Shown piece after piece: positions 1 through 14,100 of a DNA stretch of 64,000 nt (position 1 is its first letter; every line of letters starts with the position of its first letter). This DNA is from Camelus dromedarius (lineage: Eukaryota), in NCBI RefSeq assembly GCF_036321535.1, contig NC_087436.1, positions 11,718,001 to 11,782,000 of the forward strand, given 5' to 3'. Both the position numbers and the translations under genes were made by a program. The notes under the pieces were generated by a model. The model saw only the letters and a list, made by a program, of their open reading frames with translations. It was not told the DNA's origin and did no database searches.

Positions 1-1578
1 GAGAGAGATGTCAAGTTTTTTAGTTTCCTTAATCTAAATTCTCTTTCTGAACTTTAAAAACATGTAACTGACTTCTAAGTATTTAGTTGTCATAATAGAA
101 AAACTCTCCAAAACAAAACAGCATGTATACATAAAGCCTTTCCGTGTGTTAGAACTGGGGGGTGAGAAGTTGACGAGGGTAGATTTGCAGACTGTGGACA
201 GATGGCGCCCCTTGACCCCACCAACTCCCTTCCTGAGCAGAAAGAAGTGATTATTGTACTTGTTTGGTACCAGGCCATGGGCTGAATTTAAACTGAACTC
301 CTGAAAAGCGATCAGTTTTCTCAGATACTCCACTTCTGAATTCATCCAGAGGGAAGGAAAGTTGCACTGGGAGTTGATTAGGGAGGAACATTCACACCTA
401 TTCTGTCAGCTTGATTCCTGACTGGCTGGATGTTGCGCGTCTCGCATGTCATCTTGTATCACTTGGAGGCCTGCAAAAATCTCCTGGGGGAGGGCGGTGG
501 GTCTCAGCCATTCTCAGAAGACTTGGTCTCATCCCCTCACACATCATGAATCTGAACCCCAGACACGGGACTGGGATGGAGTCTGGGCTCGGATTGAGTC
601 TCTGCACTCAGATGTGTTCCCCTGAGATATGAGACCTGCCAAGCCTGGTCATGTTTCCCACTTTTCTTTCTGTTAGCTCATATTTTATACATTTAAGATA
701 TTTCTACACATAGGGACTCCTGTGCTCAGACCCAAATATATGCTCTCCTGGGCATGCATATCCATCATTGCAATACTCATAAAAGAAACCTTTGTTAATT
801 TATGTCTAAGCGGTGGAGTCCATATTCCCAGACAAATATTCCGAGAGTTACATATGAGTTAAGATTAGTTTGTTTAAAACACAAATTCTTTTACATGTAG
901 TTTGATTGCTCTTGGGGAGTAAATCTGATTTATAGCTAAAATGCTATCTCAGAAACATTCTTCACAGCATAGATTTTTCTCTTTCAAAGGCTGGAATGAT
1001 TATTTTGGACTGGTTCCTCCCCAAATCTGTTCAGATTTAAAGTGTATGAATGCCAGTGTGCATTTGCCAAATATTGTGATGGAACATTAAATACTGGCAA
1101 AATTTCTATAGTGCTCAAAAAAAAAAAAAAAAAAAAAAGGAAGTGGGGATGTTGGTTATTTTGTATGGCTTCTTTTCCTGCAAGATGAGTGTGTATTAGT
1201 GGGAAGTGACTACAGCTGAGTAACACCTTATTGATGTTAGATTCTGGAGAAGGGTCTAGAGGTACCACATGTGGTTGAGCGTTATTTTTAGACCCAAGTG
1301 AGTCAGTGTAGTTCTTGCCAGAAATAATGTACTTGATTGACTTGTGATTGGCTAAAGGAAGAGAGGAAATTGGGCTGGCCCCTAACATATCCTGTGCTCA
1401 GACAAAATGTGTCTTCCTATGAAACTGATTTGAGAGGCGGCAAAGGAGTCAAATGCGAGCACCTCCCTCAGGGCATAGCACAGGGGTGGAACACCCACCC
1501 CTTATGGTTCTTGGTGAAAGATATTTTTGACAAATACAGAAAAGAGTCCCAGTAAGTGGAGGGGTAGGGGACACAGAA

Positions 1579-1790
1579 CCCAGCTTTTCCCAAAGCGGAT
1601 TCAGTGGAACATTTGTTCAGCTTGGTTTAAGTCTTTGCTAAACCAAGATAAACAGGTTTGTATATTCCAGGACTTAGCAGAGCCCTTCATATGCTGATGT
1701 ATGGCTCAGATCTCCAACGCAGATGTATACTGCACAGTATTTTCCAATCTTTCTTCCCCTGGGAGCTTATCTTGTACCTGCTGTTAGACT
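1579..1790. mobile_element. Degenerate hAT-Charlie MITE (MER112/MER113-like)
   Basis: Begins CAGCTTTTCCCAAAG...GTGGAAC; the internal AGGACTTAGCAGAGCCCTTCATATGCTGATGT and CAGTATTTTCCAATCTT resemble Charlie-family MITEs. Subfamily from memory. Confidence 0.45.
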
Positions 1791-2804
1791 AGGTGGAGAA
1801 GCACAGCGGTCTAGTTCATCATCATTCATCATCATATTGCGAAGTTTAGTTTAATAATTCTCCAGCAGAGCCCAGTCAAACAGGGAGCTCCCCAGGGATG
1901 GGGAGCAGATGGTTTCCATTTTTTTTTTTTTTGCCCATCAACGGCTAACATAGTGATTTACGTAGCGTAAGCTCTTAAGTTATGCTTATTGAATTGAGAA
2001 CATGATTTTGAGGCAACCAGGCAGAGGACAGATAGTTTTGACTGGAAAGGGTGAAGTGACACGTGCTTTTATTGTTAAATAGCTTCATGCTTTTCACTTG
2101 TTTACGTCTTTTCCTTGTCTATAAAGTAGGCATACTTTAAAGACTCATACCTCACAGAGCCAAAAGTAGCATAGAAAAGAACTGAATGAAGCTGCTTGCA
2201 TCTGGTTATTAAGAACATGGGCTAATTTGTTAAAGTGTTTCTCCGCCGACTGGAAGTTGGTCTGGAATGTGCTCGTTGGGAGGTGGCCCCTCTGGCTGTG
2301 TCACCAGAGGAGACAGATGCTCACCTATTAACAATCTACATAAGCCCATCTGTGCGAGCCCAGGGGACCGCCCTGAGGGACTTCCTCCTGTTAATCATCA
2401 CTGTTTTCTTGTTCACAAATGTTTGTCCTCTATCAATTTTTACAATGTGGGGCGTTCCAGCTTTTCTTCAGCTTGGCATCTTACTTTGCTTCATTCAGTA
2501 CCATCAGTGAAAATAGTCATCGTTATTTGAGAGTGTCTTTCATTATTTCTTCAGGGAGCTAAATAAACCTAGGGCAATTCCAACGTTTACTTTGGCAAAC
2601 TAACTTATTTTTCTAAATAACTGATAATGAAACTGCTCAGGTCCTAACTACTTTGTTCTTTCACTGACAGTGGAAGTGAAAGATCTTCAAAACCTCCTTT
2701 CTCACTTCTTCCTACTTTTCTTCCCCTACTGGGGTCTTTTCTTTGTGTTTCCATAGTTCTTTGAAGAGCTATAACATAAAAGTTTACGTGCAGCATATGC
2801 TTCA

Positions 2805-2985
2805 GTGTCAGATGATCTGAATTCAGATCCTGTATTCCCATTTATCGCTGCTGTTCTTGGGCAAGTCACTTAACTTCTCTCAAAGCCTCAAGTTCATCAC
2901 CTACAAAATGACAATAATGTGATGATGAAATGAAGTAGTAAATATAAAGTTCTTAATTCAATATGTCTCAGCAATGATTATTACC
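2805..2985 (+). mobile_element. MIR SINE remnant
   Basis: MIR core TTGGGCAAGTCACTTAACTTCTCT...GCCTCAAGTTCATCACCTACAAAATG. Confidence 0.7.
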
Positions 2986-3014
2986 TCTGTTGTAGCATTG
3001 TCTGTTGTTGGTAT

Positions 3015-3140
3015 ACACGTTCCCCCAGTGAGCTGTGAGAATCTTGTGGTCAGGGATCGTATTTTGCTCATTTCTTTATCCCAAATGTTTAGTTCTATGC
3101 TTAGGATGTAGTGGCCACTCAGTGTTTGGGAAATAAATGA
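3015..3140 (+). mobile_element. L2 3' end remnant
   Basis: Degenerate match to the L2 terminus (TGTGAGAATCTTGTGGTCAGGGAT...TTTATCCC...ATGTAGTGGCCACTCAGTG...AATAAATGAA). Confidence 0.5.
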
Positions 3141-5626
3141 ATTTTCTCAAACAGGCAAGACTGTGCATCACAAAACAAAGGTGTACTGAAGGTCAGTGTT
3201 GCATTTGTGCACGTTAGCATGTCAGAAGCATGACAACAGGAAAGGATAGAAACACATTTTAGTTCTGTGAACACTGGTATTTTATTGTGGTGCACCCAGT
3301 TTGGCGAAATGGAGAAATTCACCAACTGCACATCTTTTGGGTGTGTTGTCTGTTGTAACTGGACTAGCCTGAGGCTCTTTGCCTCTGGGCCTCTTTCCTC
3401 TTGAGACATTTAAAAAAGTTAAGCTGCTTTTTAAGTGTTAAAAGTTCTAAAGATAACTGGTAAAATTTTACTTAGTAAAATTGTTGACCTTTTGAAAAAT
3501 CTGCCTGAGCCCTCAGTGTTGCTGTTTTACACATTGAAGTCGTACATCTCCAGGTCGTAACTTGCCGTCTCTCGTGAAATTCATGATTCAAATCATGCAC
3601 TTGAAAATGCCACAGAGGAGGAGGTTTATCTGAGAGTCAGCTGATGGGTCAAGTGAGCTCAAGTTTGAGACAGGTTTAAATTTGCTCTTTCCTGCCATCT
3701 CATTAATTACTGGAATTGCTGCCAGTCCGTTGCTCTGCAGATGTTTCTCTTTTGAAATTCAGGTTATGGTGTTTTGCAGGCCTTCCAGCAGCCGACTCTT
3801 TCTAGTACAATGTGGCCTCGGAGAAGAGACTGTTGCCAGTGCCTCCCATTACGTTCAGATGATTTACCTGCAAGTGTAACTGTCCCGTTAGTAAACTTTG
3901 AAGGTGGATCCTGTAGAAGATTACAAAGTTGATTGTTAAACAAAAAGAAATGAGTTACTTATCATAATAAACCCTGAAACAACTTTCTACTACCCGTAAA
4001 TATTTTTTACAGAAACCTGTTTACTGTGAAATCACTGCTGAGCATCATAGTCCAATAATGATCATACTGCTCACTTTAAAGACATTTGGTGTCAAAGAGA
4101 AGGTGTTTATTTGAAAAATACAGATTACTTCTTTTTTAAAAGGGACTTTTAACTTAAACCTAGGTTTTAAAAAAGCCCTTGCTGTGGTTATTCACATCAA
4201 GGTAATTGGGAGAAGCTACAATTATCTCATGTACCTGCACATGTGGGCAGCTACTCAGCTGTTCAGATCCGAAAATGATGCTGTCAGGATGGACCTACCC
4301 CAGCATTCTTCCTGTGAAACCTCAAGTCTTCAAACCTAGAAAAATCTTCCTTTTACTATGAGGCTGCTATTCACTGTCATTGTGCAGTTTTTTTTTTTTT
4401 TCCCCTGAGAAATATCTTGTTTCTAGAGCTCAGTTCAACAACTTGTACAAATCATAAGCTTTAACCATGAGTTCAGGGTAGGAAAACTTCCATTTATTTA
4501 CAGGTTGGACTGTCACCTCCCTGACCAGAGTCTTGAATACCCTTATTTTTCTTTTCCTAGCCCAGGGGTAATTTTCAAAGCAACCTTTTCTCATAGCCGT
4601 TATAAAAATTGCTGTGTAGCATTCCATGCTGAAATCTGTCCTCCAAGATGAAAAGAAACTGTAGGCTTTTGTCATTATCGCTAGTACTGTCAATTTAATG
4701 CAGGGAACAGTTAATGAGTACCCACTTTGTATATGCTTTTTTACTTTATCTGTCAGGCACCTTTTTAGGCAGTTCCTTTGCATATTGAAATGTGTGTGTA
4801 GGTTCTGGTCTTGGAGTCACTCTTTTCATGCATGTGGAGCTTAACTGACATGTTGCATAACCAGTGGGCACTTCCCTTGATTCTGCAAAATGTGGCTGCA
4901 TATGGACACAAGGGTCGAACACTTCCCCATACTGTTTTGATGTAGCAGATATAAAGATAACGTCTGTAGGCAAGACTACTGGAAATGTTAGACATGTGCC
5001 AAATAAAATACTCTGGGTCCTTTTTGTGTTTTAGGTGCAGTGTCGGACATCTGATTTTAAAGTACAACTGTTCTGTTGAAATAGTTCCATTTGTCTCAAG
5101 TTGTGACATTGTTCAGCACAATTTTTTTTTAAGTTTATTGGAGGAAAGCAGTCTTATTCGTTGTGGGAACTCAGTAAATGTTAGGTCAGATTCTCCACAT
5201 AATCAGCATCATGGGAATCAAGTTAACATATTTTTGGAAACTACACTAACTCAAAAATCAGAGGTACCTATACAGCAATATATATATATATGTATCTCAT
5301 TAAGTGTATTTTCTCGAGTCAAATTCATTTTTTGGAAGATGCTAAAAATTGTAGCATGGAAATATAGATAGATAATTCTCATGTGGAATATTATATAGAT
5401 GTATAGTGAATAATATTACAGAGACAGACTATACTATGTAGATGTATAGGTTTTGTCTGTCTTGATGGTGGCAGGATAATCATGGGTGAAGAAGTCGTTT
5501 TACATTATTTTAAATTTGGCTTGCATCTATAAATTGCCTTCCTTTTAATCATTTTAACTTCTGTCTATAGCTTTTATCAGGCGTTGAATAATTTTCTTTT
5601 GTCTAAGGGGCTTATATTAGAAAAAA

Positions 5627-8600
5627 AACTGACCTTGCAGCTAAAGCAACTAGAGAAAGAAGAACAAACAAAACCCAAAGTTAGTAGAAGGAAAGAAATG
5701 ATAAAGATCAGAGCAGAAATAAATGAAATAGAGACTTAAAAAAATAGAAAAGATCAGTGAAACTAAGAGTTGGTTCTTTAAAAAGATAAAATTCATAAAC
5801 CTTTAGGCAGACTCATCGAGGGAAAAAAAAAAGAGAGGGTCCAAATCAATAAAATCAGAAGTGAAAAAGAAGTGACAACTGACCCCACAGAAATACAAAA
5901 GATAAGAGACTACTATGAGCAACTATGTGCCAATAAAATGGACAGCCTAGAAGAAATGGCCAAATTCTTAGAAATGCACAATCTCCTAAGACTGAACCAG
6001 GAAGAAATAGAAAATATGAAGCAGACCAATTACCAGCACTGAAATTAAATCAGTAATTTAAAAACTCCCAATAAACAAAAGTCCACGACCAGATGGCTTC
6101 ACAGGTGAGTTCTACCAAACATTTAGAGAAGAGTTAACACCTTTCCTTCTGAAACTATTCCAAAAAATTGCAGAGGAAGGAACACTTCCCAACTCGTTCT
6201 ATGAGGCCACCATCACCCTGATACCAGACGAAGATATCACAAAATAAATTCACAGCCAGTATCACTGATGAACATAGATGCAAAAATCGTCAACAAAATA
6301 CTAGCAAACCAACTCCAAAAGTACATTAAAAGGGTCATACACCATGATCAAGTGGGATTTATCCCAGGAATGCAAGGATTTTTCAGTATCCACAAATCAA
6401 TCAGTGTGATACACTACATAACAAACTGAAGAATAAAGACAAACTGAAGAATATGGTCATTTCAATATATGCAGAAAAAGCTTCTGACAAAATTCAACAT
6501 CTATGTATGATTAAAAAAAAAAAAAACTCTCCAGAAAGTGGGCATAGAGGGAGCATACCTCAACATGATAAAGGCCATATATGTCAAACCCACAGCTAAC
6601 ATCATACTCAGTGGGGAAAAGCTGGAAGCATTTCCTGTAAGATCAGGAACAAGACAAGGATGCCGCTCTTGCCATTTTTATTAAACACAGGTTTAGAAGT
6701 CCTAGCCGTAGTAGTCAGAGAAGAGAAGGAAAAAGAAATCCAAATTGGAAAGGAAGAAGTAAAACTACCACTCTGCAGATGACATGACATTTCATACACA
6801 GACGATCCTAAAGGTGCAATGAGAAGACTACTAGAGCTCATCAATGAATTAGGTAAAGTTGCAGGATACAAAATTAATATATGGAACTCTGTTGCATTTC
6901 TGTACACTAACAATGAACTATCAGAAAGAGAAATTAAGGAGACAGTCCCATTTACCATCACATCAAAAAGAATAAAATACTTAGGAAAAATAAACCTACC
7001 TAAGGAGCCAAAAGACCTGTATTCTGAAAACCATAAGACGCTGATGAAAGAAACTGAAGATGACATAAACAGACAGAAAGATATAACCATGTTCTTGGAT
7101 TGAAAGAATCAATATTGTTAAAATGACCACACTACCCAAGGCAATCTACAGATTCAGTGCAATCCCTATCAAATTACCAATGACATTTTTTTTTTTTACA
7201 GAACTAGAACAAAAAATTAAAATTTCTATGGAATCACAAAAGACTCAGAACAGCCAAAACAATCTTGAGAAACAAGAACGGAGCTGGAGGAATCATGCTC
7301 CCTGACTTCAGACTATACTACAAAGCTACAGTACTCAAAACAGTATGGTAGAGGCACAAAAACAGACACATAGATCAGTGGAACAGGATAGAAAGTCCAG
7401 AAATAAACCCACACATTTATGGTCAATTAGACAAAAGAGGCAAGAATATACAGTGGAGAAAAGACAGAAAAGTGGTGATGGGAAAACTGGACAGCTACCT
7501 GTAAAAGACTGAAATTAGAACATTCTCTAACATAATATACAGAAGTAAACTCAAAATGGATTAAGACCTAAATGTAAGATGAGATGGTCTAAAACTCCTA
7601 GAGGAAAACACAGGCAGAACACTCTTTGACATAAATAGCAGCAATATTTTTTTGGATCCATCTCCTAGAGTAATGGAAACAAAAGCAAAAATGAACAAAT
7701 GAACCTATTAAACTGAAACGCTTTTGCACAGCAAAGGAAACAATGAACAAAATGAAAAGATAACTTACAGAATTGGAGCAGATATTTGCAAACCATTGGA
7801 CCAATAAGGGATTGATTTCCAAAATATGCCAGCAGCTCATACAGCTCAATATAAAAAACATAAACAACTGAATCAAAAAATGGGTTAAAAAAGACCTAAA
7901 TAAGCATTTCTCCAAAGAAGACATACAGATGGCCAACAGGCACATGAAAAGATGTGCAACATCGCTAACTATTAGAGAAATGCAAATCAAAACTACAGTG
8001 AGGTATCACCTCACACCAGTCAGAATGGCCGTCATCAAAAAATGCTGGAGTGAGTATAGAGAAAAGGGAACCCTCCTGCCCTGTTGGTGGGAATATAAAT
8101 TGATGTAGCCAGTATAGAGAACAGTATGGAGGTTCCTTAAAAAACTAAAAACAGAGTTACCAAATGATCCAGGAATCCCACTCCTGGGCAAATATCCAGA
8201 GAAAACTAATTTAAAAAGATACATGCACTCCCATGTTCATAGCAGCACTATATACAATAGCCAAGACATGGAAGCAACCTAAATGTCCATTCACAGATGA
8301 ATGGGAAAGAAAATTGCAATGTGTGTGTGTGTGTATATATGTATATATATATATATACACACAATGGGATACTAATCAGCCATATAAAAGAATGAAATAA
8401 TTCCATTTGCAGCAACATGGAGGGACACAGAGATTATCATACTAAGTGAAGTAAGTCAGAAAGAGAAAGAAAAATGCCATATGATACCACTCATATGTGG
8501 AATCTAAAAAATGATACTGATAAACTTTATTACAAAACACATGGACTCATGGACATGGAAAACAAACTATGATTACCAAAGGCGAAGGGGGACGGAGGGA

Positions 8601-8845
8601 TAAATTAGGAATTTGGGATTAACAGATACACACTACTATATACAAAATAGATAAACAGCAAGGACCTACTGTATAGCACAGGGAACTATATTCACTATCT
8701 TGTAATAACCTGTAATGGAAAAGAGTCTGGAAAAGAATATATATCTATAAATGAATATATATATATATGTAGATGAACCACTTTGCTGTACACCTGAGAT
8801 GTTGTAAATCAGCTATACTTCAGTAAAAGAACAAAACAAAACAAA
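5627..8845 (+). mobile_element. 5'-truncated LINE-1 (~3.2 kb): decayed ORF2 (linker, RT, C-terminus), 3' UTR and A-rich tail; older cetartiodactyl-type 3' end
   Basis: ORF fragments RRLLELINELGKVAGYKIN and [17 protein letters not shown] are L1 ORF2; frameshifts and stops throughout; 3' UTR ACTGTATAGCACAGGGAACTATATTC; ends GTAAATCAGCTATACTTCAGTAAAAG plus an (AAAAC)n tail. Confidence 0.97.
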
Positions 8846-11067
8846 TCATTTCTCAAAAGTTTCTTCCTTTGGAAAGTTTTCTTGGGCTATTGTTGTCCTC
8901 TTGAACTATGATCTGATATGGTCTGATATTCCCCCAGGATTTTAAATATTTGGCCAGATTTGCCTTTACTTTCATGAGGATTCGGACAGGTACCCTCTGA
9001 GGCGGGTTTGGAGAACCTGACGGGTGGAGGTGACCCTGTGTGTTCTTCTCACCGCCCGCCTGTCCTTCCCTGTCCTCTTCGGTTATTAGAAGAAGCTGTC
9101 TGGATATCAGCCAGGAGGCCTTTGTCTGATAAATGTGGCTCATAATCCACTGGAACATGAACCGACTCATTGTCAGCCATTTACTCCACGGCTCCCAGTA
9201 TGAACAAGCTCCAGTTTGGTCCTAAATCAGCAGCTTTTCATACCTATCACAGGGGAGGAATCGGATCATATTTATCTCTTCGGGGACTTAAAGATGCAGG
9301 AAGAGTAAGACTACTGTTGAAAAGAAGTATTTAAAAGAAAAATTAGAAATGTAAATTTTTTTTTTTTAAAGATCTTGTCACAATGATTGTAATTCCCTAT
9401 GAAAGTGCACATGAATTGCTGCTATTTATGCTGGCATTACGCTGTTATTTATGGTTTGTAAAGTCTCAGTGACTGCTTTAGAAGAGCTACACTGTAAATA
9501 GGACAGGTAACGTGAGGTGTTTATTTTGTAAGGGGGTTATTTTTTAAGAGTTTTTTTGGAGCTGTAGAAGGAACAATTTGAATGTTAAAATATGCACATT
9601 TTGGGCACATCTGTACGGTGGCCCGTCAGTATCCCGGGAGGTTGGTTCACGTGCCCGAGTTATTCACAGTTTTACTGCCTTTCAGACCCACGTTAGTTCC
9701 CCATTTGCTCCTCACTGGTGACGGTCCTGGCCTGCAGAAACTTCCTTGAAAGAGGGTATTATTGTCCCTCAGGTGTCTCCATGGGGGGCTGTATGCTGAG
9801 GGCAACTCTAGGCCTTGCGCTCGTGGCACAAGCCATGAACCGTATGATAAACTGTTTCCAGTATTTCTGAGGCCTCTTTCCCATTATTTCTAGACTCTGG
9901 GGTGTGCTTTTCATTGTCGGTACACATTGCGGGGTAGGTGGGAGTTGGGAGCTCCTGTTACTGATCTGGTAAACATTTCCCCTTCTCTTTGGACTCTGTT
10001 TCAGTTTATACAGTTGGTATTTTGTCACTTCCAGGAACATCAAGCTTTCTTCCCGAATAGTTGTAACGCTCTTACTGCCTCTATTGTTGTTTTAACACTG
10101 AAGGTGAGTCATTGGTCGCCGTAATTCTATGACCTGGGTGTCAGGAAGAGGGAATGAACAGGAATGGGTTTCTGAAATGAATGTAGAGGGGCTGTGACTG
10201 GCTGGTATTTTCCCCCAAATTTATAGAACGAAGGTAATGTTTTTATAGCCCCTGTAAAGACAGTAGCATAAGCAACACACACCCCGCCGCCAACATTTCC
10301 AGGAGGCGGAGAAGGCTCTCATTTGTGGCCCTTGCCACACTTTCCATGATGTGCTCAGTTCCCAGACCAAGGTAGTAACACTTTATTATTGTTAGGCCCT
10401 GCTAACAACTTGCTGGAATAAATCGCCCTAATTGGACAAATCACCAAGAAAACGAAAGCCATTCATTCACTAGGCATTTGGAAATACCAGATAGAAATGC
10501 TTTTAAACCAGTTCACGTTTGGAAATCAAACTCTTGAAAAGTGCAGGGCAGTATGAAGTGCTGCTTTCATTACTGTAAGTGTGTTATTGTGTTTGGAGCC
10601 CTAATGTGCTTTACTTCCCAGGAACAGCCCCGTGCCTGCTATTCTAGGGACGTTCTGCAAAGTGAAGGGATACTTACAAAAGGGAGCGACAAACAACAGT
10701 GTTTTACGAAGTACCCAATGTGAAGGTGTTAACTCAGATTCTACAGGAAGTTGAGAGAGATCATCAAAGGAGGGCTTGCAGAAGGAGGCGGGGATTTGAG
10801 CAGGTCCTAAAGGATGAGCCACGTCTGGGAAGTAGAAGAGAGGACTTCCTTGTAGGCCAGTAAGAGGTCCTTCACGCTTCTTGGGTCTTCTTCACTGTCC
10901 CCAGTAGTGGTGACATAGCAATATTCCATCAGTATTGTGACAGATAACTACATTCCATTAACATGCCAGATTTCCACCATGTTAGAAGATGGTTTTTAGG
11001 GTGTTGTCCCCTTGGGGTTGATTTTACTCATCATGAGGGTAAAACTATTTCGGATGGAGATTATGAT

Positions 11068-11121
11068 ACACACACACACACACACACATACATATGTATA
11101 CATACATACACGTATATATAA
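11068..11121. repeat. (CA)n / (TA)-mixed microsatellite
   Basis: Seen directly: ACACACACAC...ACATACATATGTATACATACATACACGTATATATA. Confidence 0.9.
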
Positions 11122-14100
11122 TGATATGGTTATAAAGCATTTAAAATGATATGATTACATGTCATATAATTGTAAGTATATTAAGCATGTAGTACGCATT
11201 ATGTTGTAACAGGCAATAGTTGATTACCAATTCTTTCCCCCTCTGGGTAACTATTACCGAACACTTTCTAGAAGTCCTAGAGTAAAAAGATGTCAAGTAG
11301 GTTTAATTTTTTTAGGCCAATATCCAGCAGTTATATGCAACTCATTTAGTGTCCTATTTTGATTATGTGTTTCAAAAACTATATTTACCAACAAAACAAG
11401 AACCACCACAAAACAGTGCTGTCGCCCGAGTTCTAGAAGGAGAACACAGCCCATAGCTCTTCTCCCCGTGTGGCGGCCACTCCAGAACATTCATCCAGCT
11501 GCTTTTGTCCAACACTTGAAAAATGATCACGTAATTTGTCAGATGCTTTTGAGAGAGAGATCCACTATGCAGAAATATTTTAGTATTTAACTAATTTTTC
11601 CAGTTACACGTTTTTGAATAGGGTAAATTTATTTTGAATTACTCCTTAACGTTAAACTCAGTCCTCATTAGTGTTACGTGGAATTTGTGAAACACTGAAT
11701 TATAGTTTTCCTTAGCTGGAAAGAACACGGTTATTTTATAGATGAATAAATTGAGCTTCAGAGAGATTTTAAACAACCTGCCTGAGCTGTGTAACCTCGG
11801 AGGCCTAGAACCCATTTCCTGATACAGGAAGTTGGGCATTCTTTCCAGAATATTCCCCAGCAATGTATACAGATGGGGGATAAACATAACTATTTCTTCT
11901 GTGGCCGTTGAGGGTTGTGACTTATTTCCAGGGACTGAAGTCTGTGGGAGTGTACAGGAATGTGACTTATCAGTGTGTTTTCAGTTCCTTCCAGCAGAGG
12001 TTCCTGACCCATGTGCTGCTACGGGCAGGGGTTTCGAGGTGGAGGGGCAGGGGCTGGTGGCGGGAGAGTGTTGTGACTGGCAAAAAATCTGGAAAGGATT
12101 GAAATAAATCACTTCAGCACACTGAAGTATGTACAGAAAATAACGTTTTTCTTGGCAATAGAGTCCTCTCTCTAGGAAGAAACATGCTTTTGTTGAGACT
12201 GTTCTGAGGAACACTTTTGAGGGCTGGGCCTTCAGGGCTGAGGAATGGGCTAACTTGAATCACAAGGCGAGACGTATTTTCAGAGGCTGGGTGGGGGGTC
12301 AGGGAGGGAGAGAAAGACTTAGTGACTGGTGGCTTACGAGAACCTTGGGGATCACAGACGTGCTGAATGGAGGCCGCACAGAATCTTCTATGCTCTGTGA
12401 TGCTTTGTGTAGTGGATGACTTCGGGAGGTGGGTTGGAGTACTCAAATCTTGCTTCAGGATTGGCAAAACTGGAGGTTGTCCAAGGAAGGGCAGTTACGT
12501 ATAAGTTACAAAACAAGAACTTATTCACAAGGATCAGATACACGCTGTATACAACAGCGCTCCTTAGAATACACAAAGGCAATTTTTTTGGAATGTCAGC
12601 CAGGCAACTCCCATCTCCCTGATCATCTGCAGTGAAATACCAGATTCTTGGCTTGTGTTTTCCAAGTTGGGATCCCAATCCCAGGAGAGTGTAACACTGG
12701 GAGAGGGCCTCGGGGTCACGGTTTATAAGGCCAGTTAGAGGTTTGTGCTCGCCAAGCACAATGAATCATGTGTTGATGGAGATGAGGGGCATGGAATATA
12801 AATAACTGAAATTGGTTGAGGTTTCCTTTCAGAAAATAGTACTTGTGTTGACCTGGTCATACGTTAAATTTTAATGCAAAAAAAAAGTTACTTGTGCTAA
12901 AGAGGATTACGTATTTGTTGAGATTTCTTCCAAGCCAACAATCAGCATACTGTTTCTTAAAGAACTTTATTTCCACATTTGTAAATGTTTTAGAAAACAT
13001 TACAGTGGTCTAAGAATTATTATATTGCATACCTAACAAATAGCCTGTATTAAGAGAGTAAATATGTATAGAAACTACCCCTGGAGTAAGTGCCTCCTTA
13101 AGTTATTGTACAGAAAATAGTGGAATGCATTATTGTAAGAATTAAAGAATATATAAAATACGGGTGAAATTTTTGTTTTGTTTTGGCCATATGAGAAACT
13201 CTACCAAGATGATTAGATGATAAACTCGACTGTTAATTTATAGTCAGGATACAGGCAAGCAAAAAAAAAAAGCCCAGGTCTTCAGGCTGATGTTTGTGTG
13301 AGAAGGCTGTGTTCTCAGGAGCAGGAAGTGGGCTAATGACACAGTGAAATGACAAGGTAATTTCATAGTTAATTTGGTTACCCTTTAACTTGCCCTTTGA
13401 TGACCATATTAATTCCAGGTGAGAGTATTTGGTCTGAATGATTCTGATAATTGCTTTAATTCCCCATCTGGTCTGTGCATGGTCATAACCTTTGGGCGTT
13501 CAGGAAGAGTGGGAGTCCTGACCTGATCAGGTGTCGGGGTGGGGGTTGGGGGTGAGAGTTCGGTGTGCATCAGGGCTCAGTGAGTAATACTGATGATCAT
13601 TTGACTGGGCAGTTTTATTAGCAGCCATTTCTTTGCCAGACTAATAAAAAGTGACTTTTTAGCATTGTTTTCCAAGTTCTCTTATATAAATGGATTAGAA
13701 GGAAAAGAAAAGAGTGTGAATCAGATTTCATGTTTCTTGCTTTTGGTTAAGTATATCTCCAGCTTAGAAGCTAAATAGACAGCTCAGGATAAAACTTGAA
13801 ATCATGAATGTTGTGCATTCGATGCCATTCCAAGACATTACGGAGAACTGGACAGACCCCCGGGGAAGTGTTAAACCCTAGAGAACACCAGCCCGGGACA
13901 CGCAAGGCCCATGGGTGCCTGAAGTCAGTCAGAAGCAGAGGGACACCCCAGTCACGTGTATGGGCCAGAGGATTGGGGAAGTTCCCAGGGGAAGAAGAGT
14001 CCTCTGTTCTCTTAAGTAAATAAAAAACTAGATTGACTTTTATCCAGTCAGTTATTCTAAGACCATTGCAACTTTTTCTCCCCACGAAAAGGAGGTACCC

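Noticed and set aside
195..210. CTCF-like motif TGGACAGATGGCGCCC
   Set aside because: The 3' core (AGATGGCGC) fits but the 5' CC positions do not; too weak without ChIP data.
1621..1647. Hairpin CTTGGTTTA...TAAACCAAG
   Set aside because: A 9-bp stem inside a decayed MITE; too short for a pre-miRNA.
6421..6453. 15-bp direct repeat ACAAACTGAAGAATA
   Set aside because: Small post-insertion duplication within a dead L1.
6608..7090. 160-aa minus-strand ORF (also 7598-7990 and 35562-35936)
   Set aside because: Antisense frames of L1 ORF2, a well-known source of spurious ORFs.
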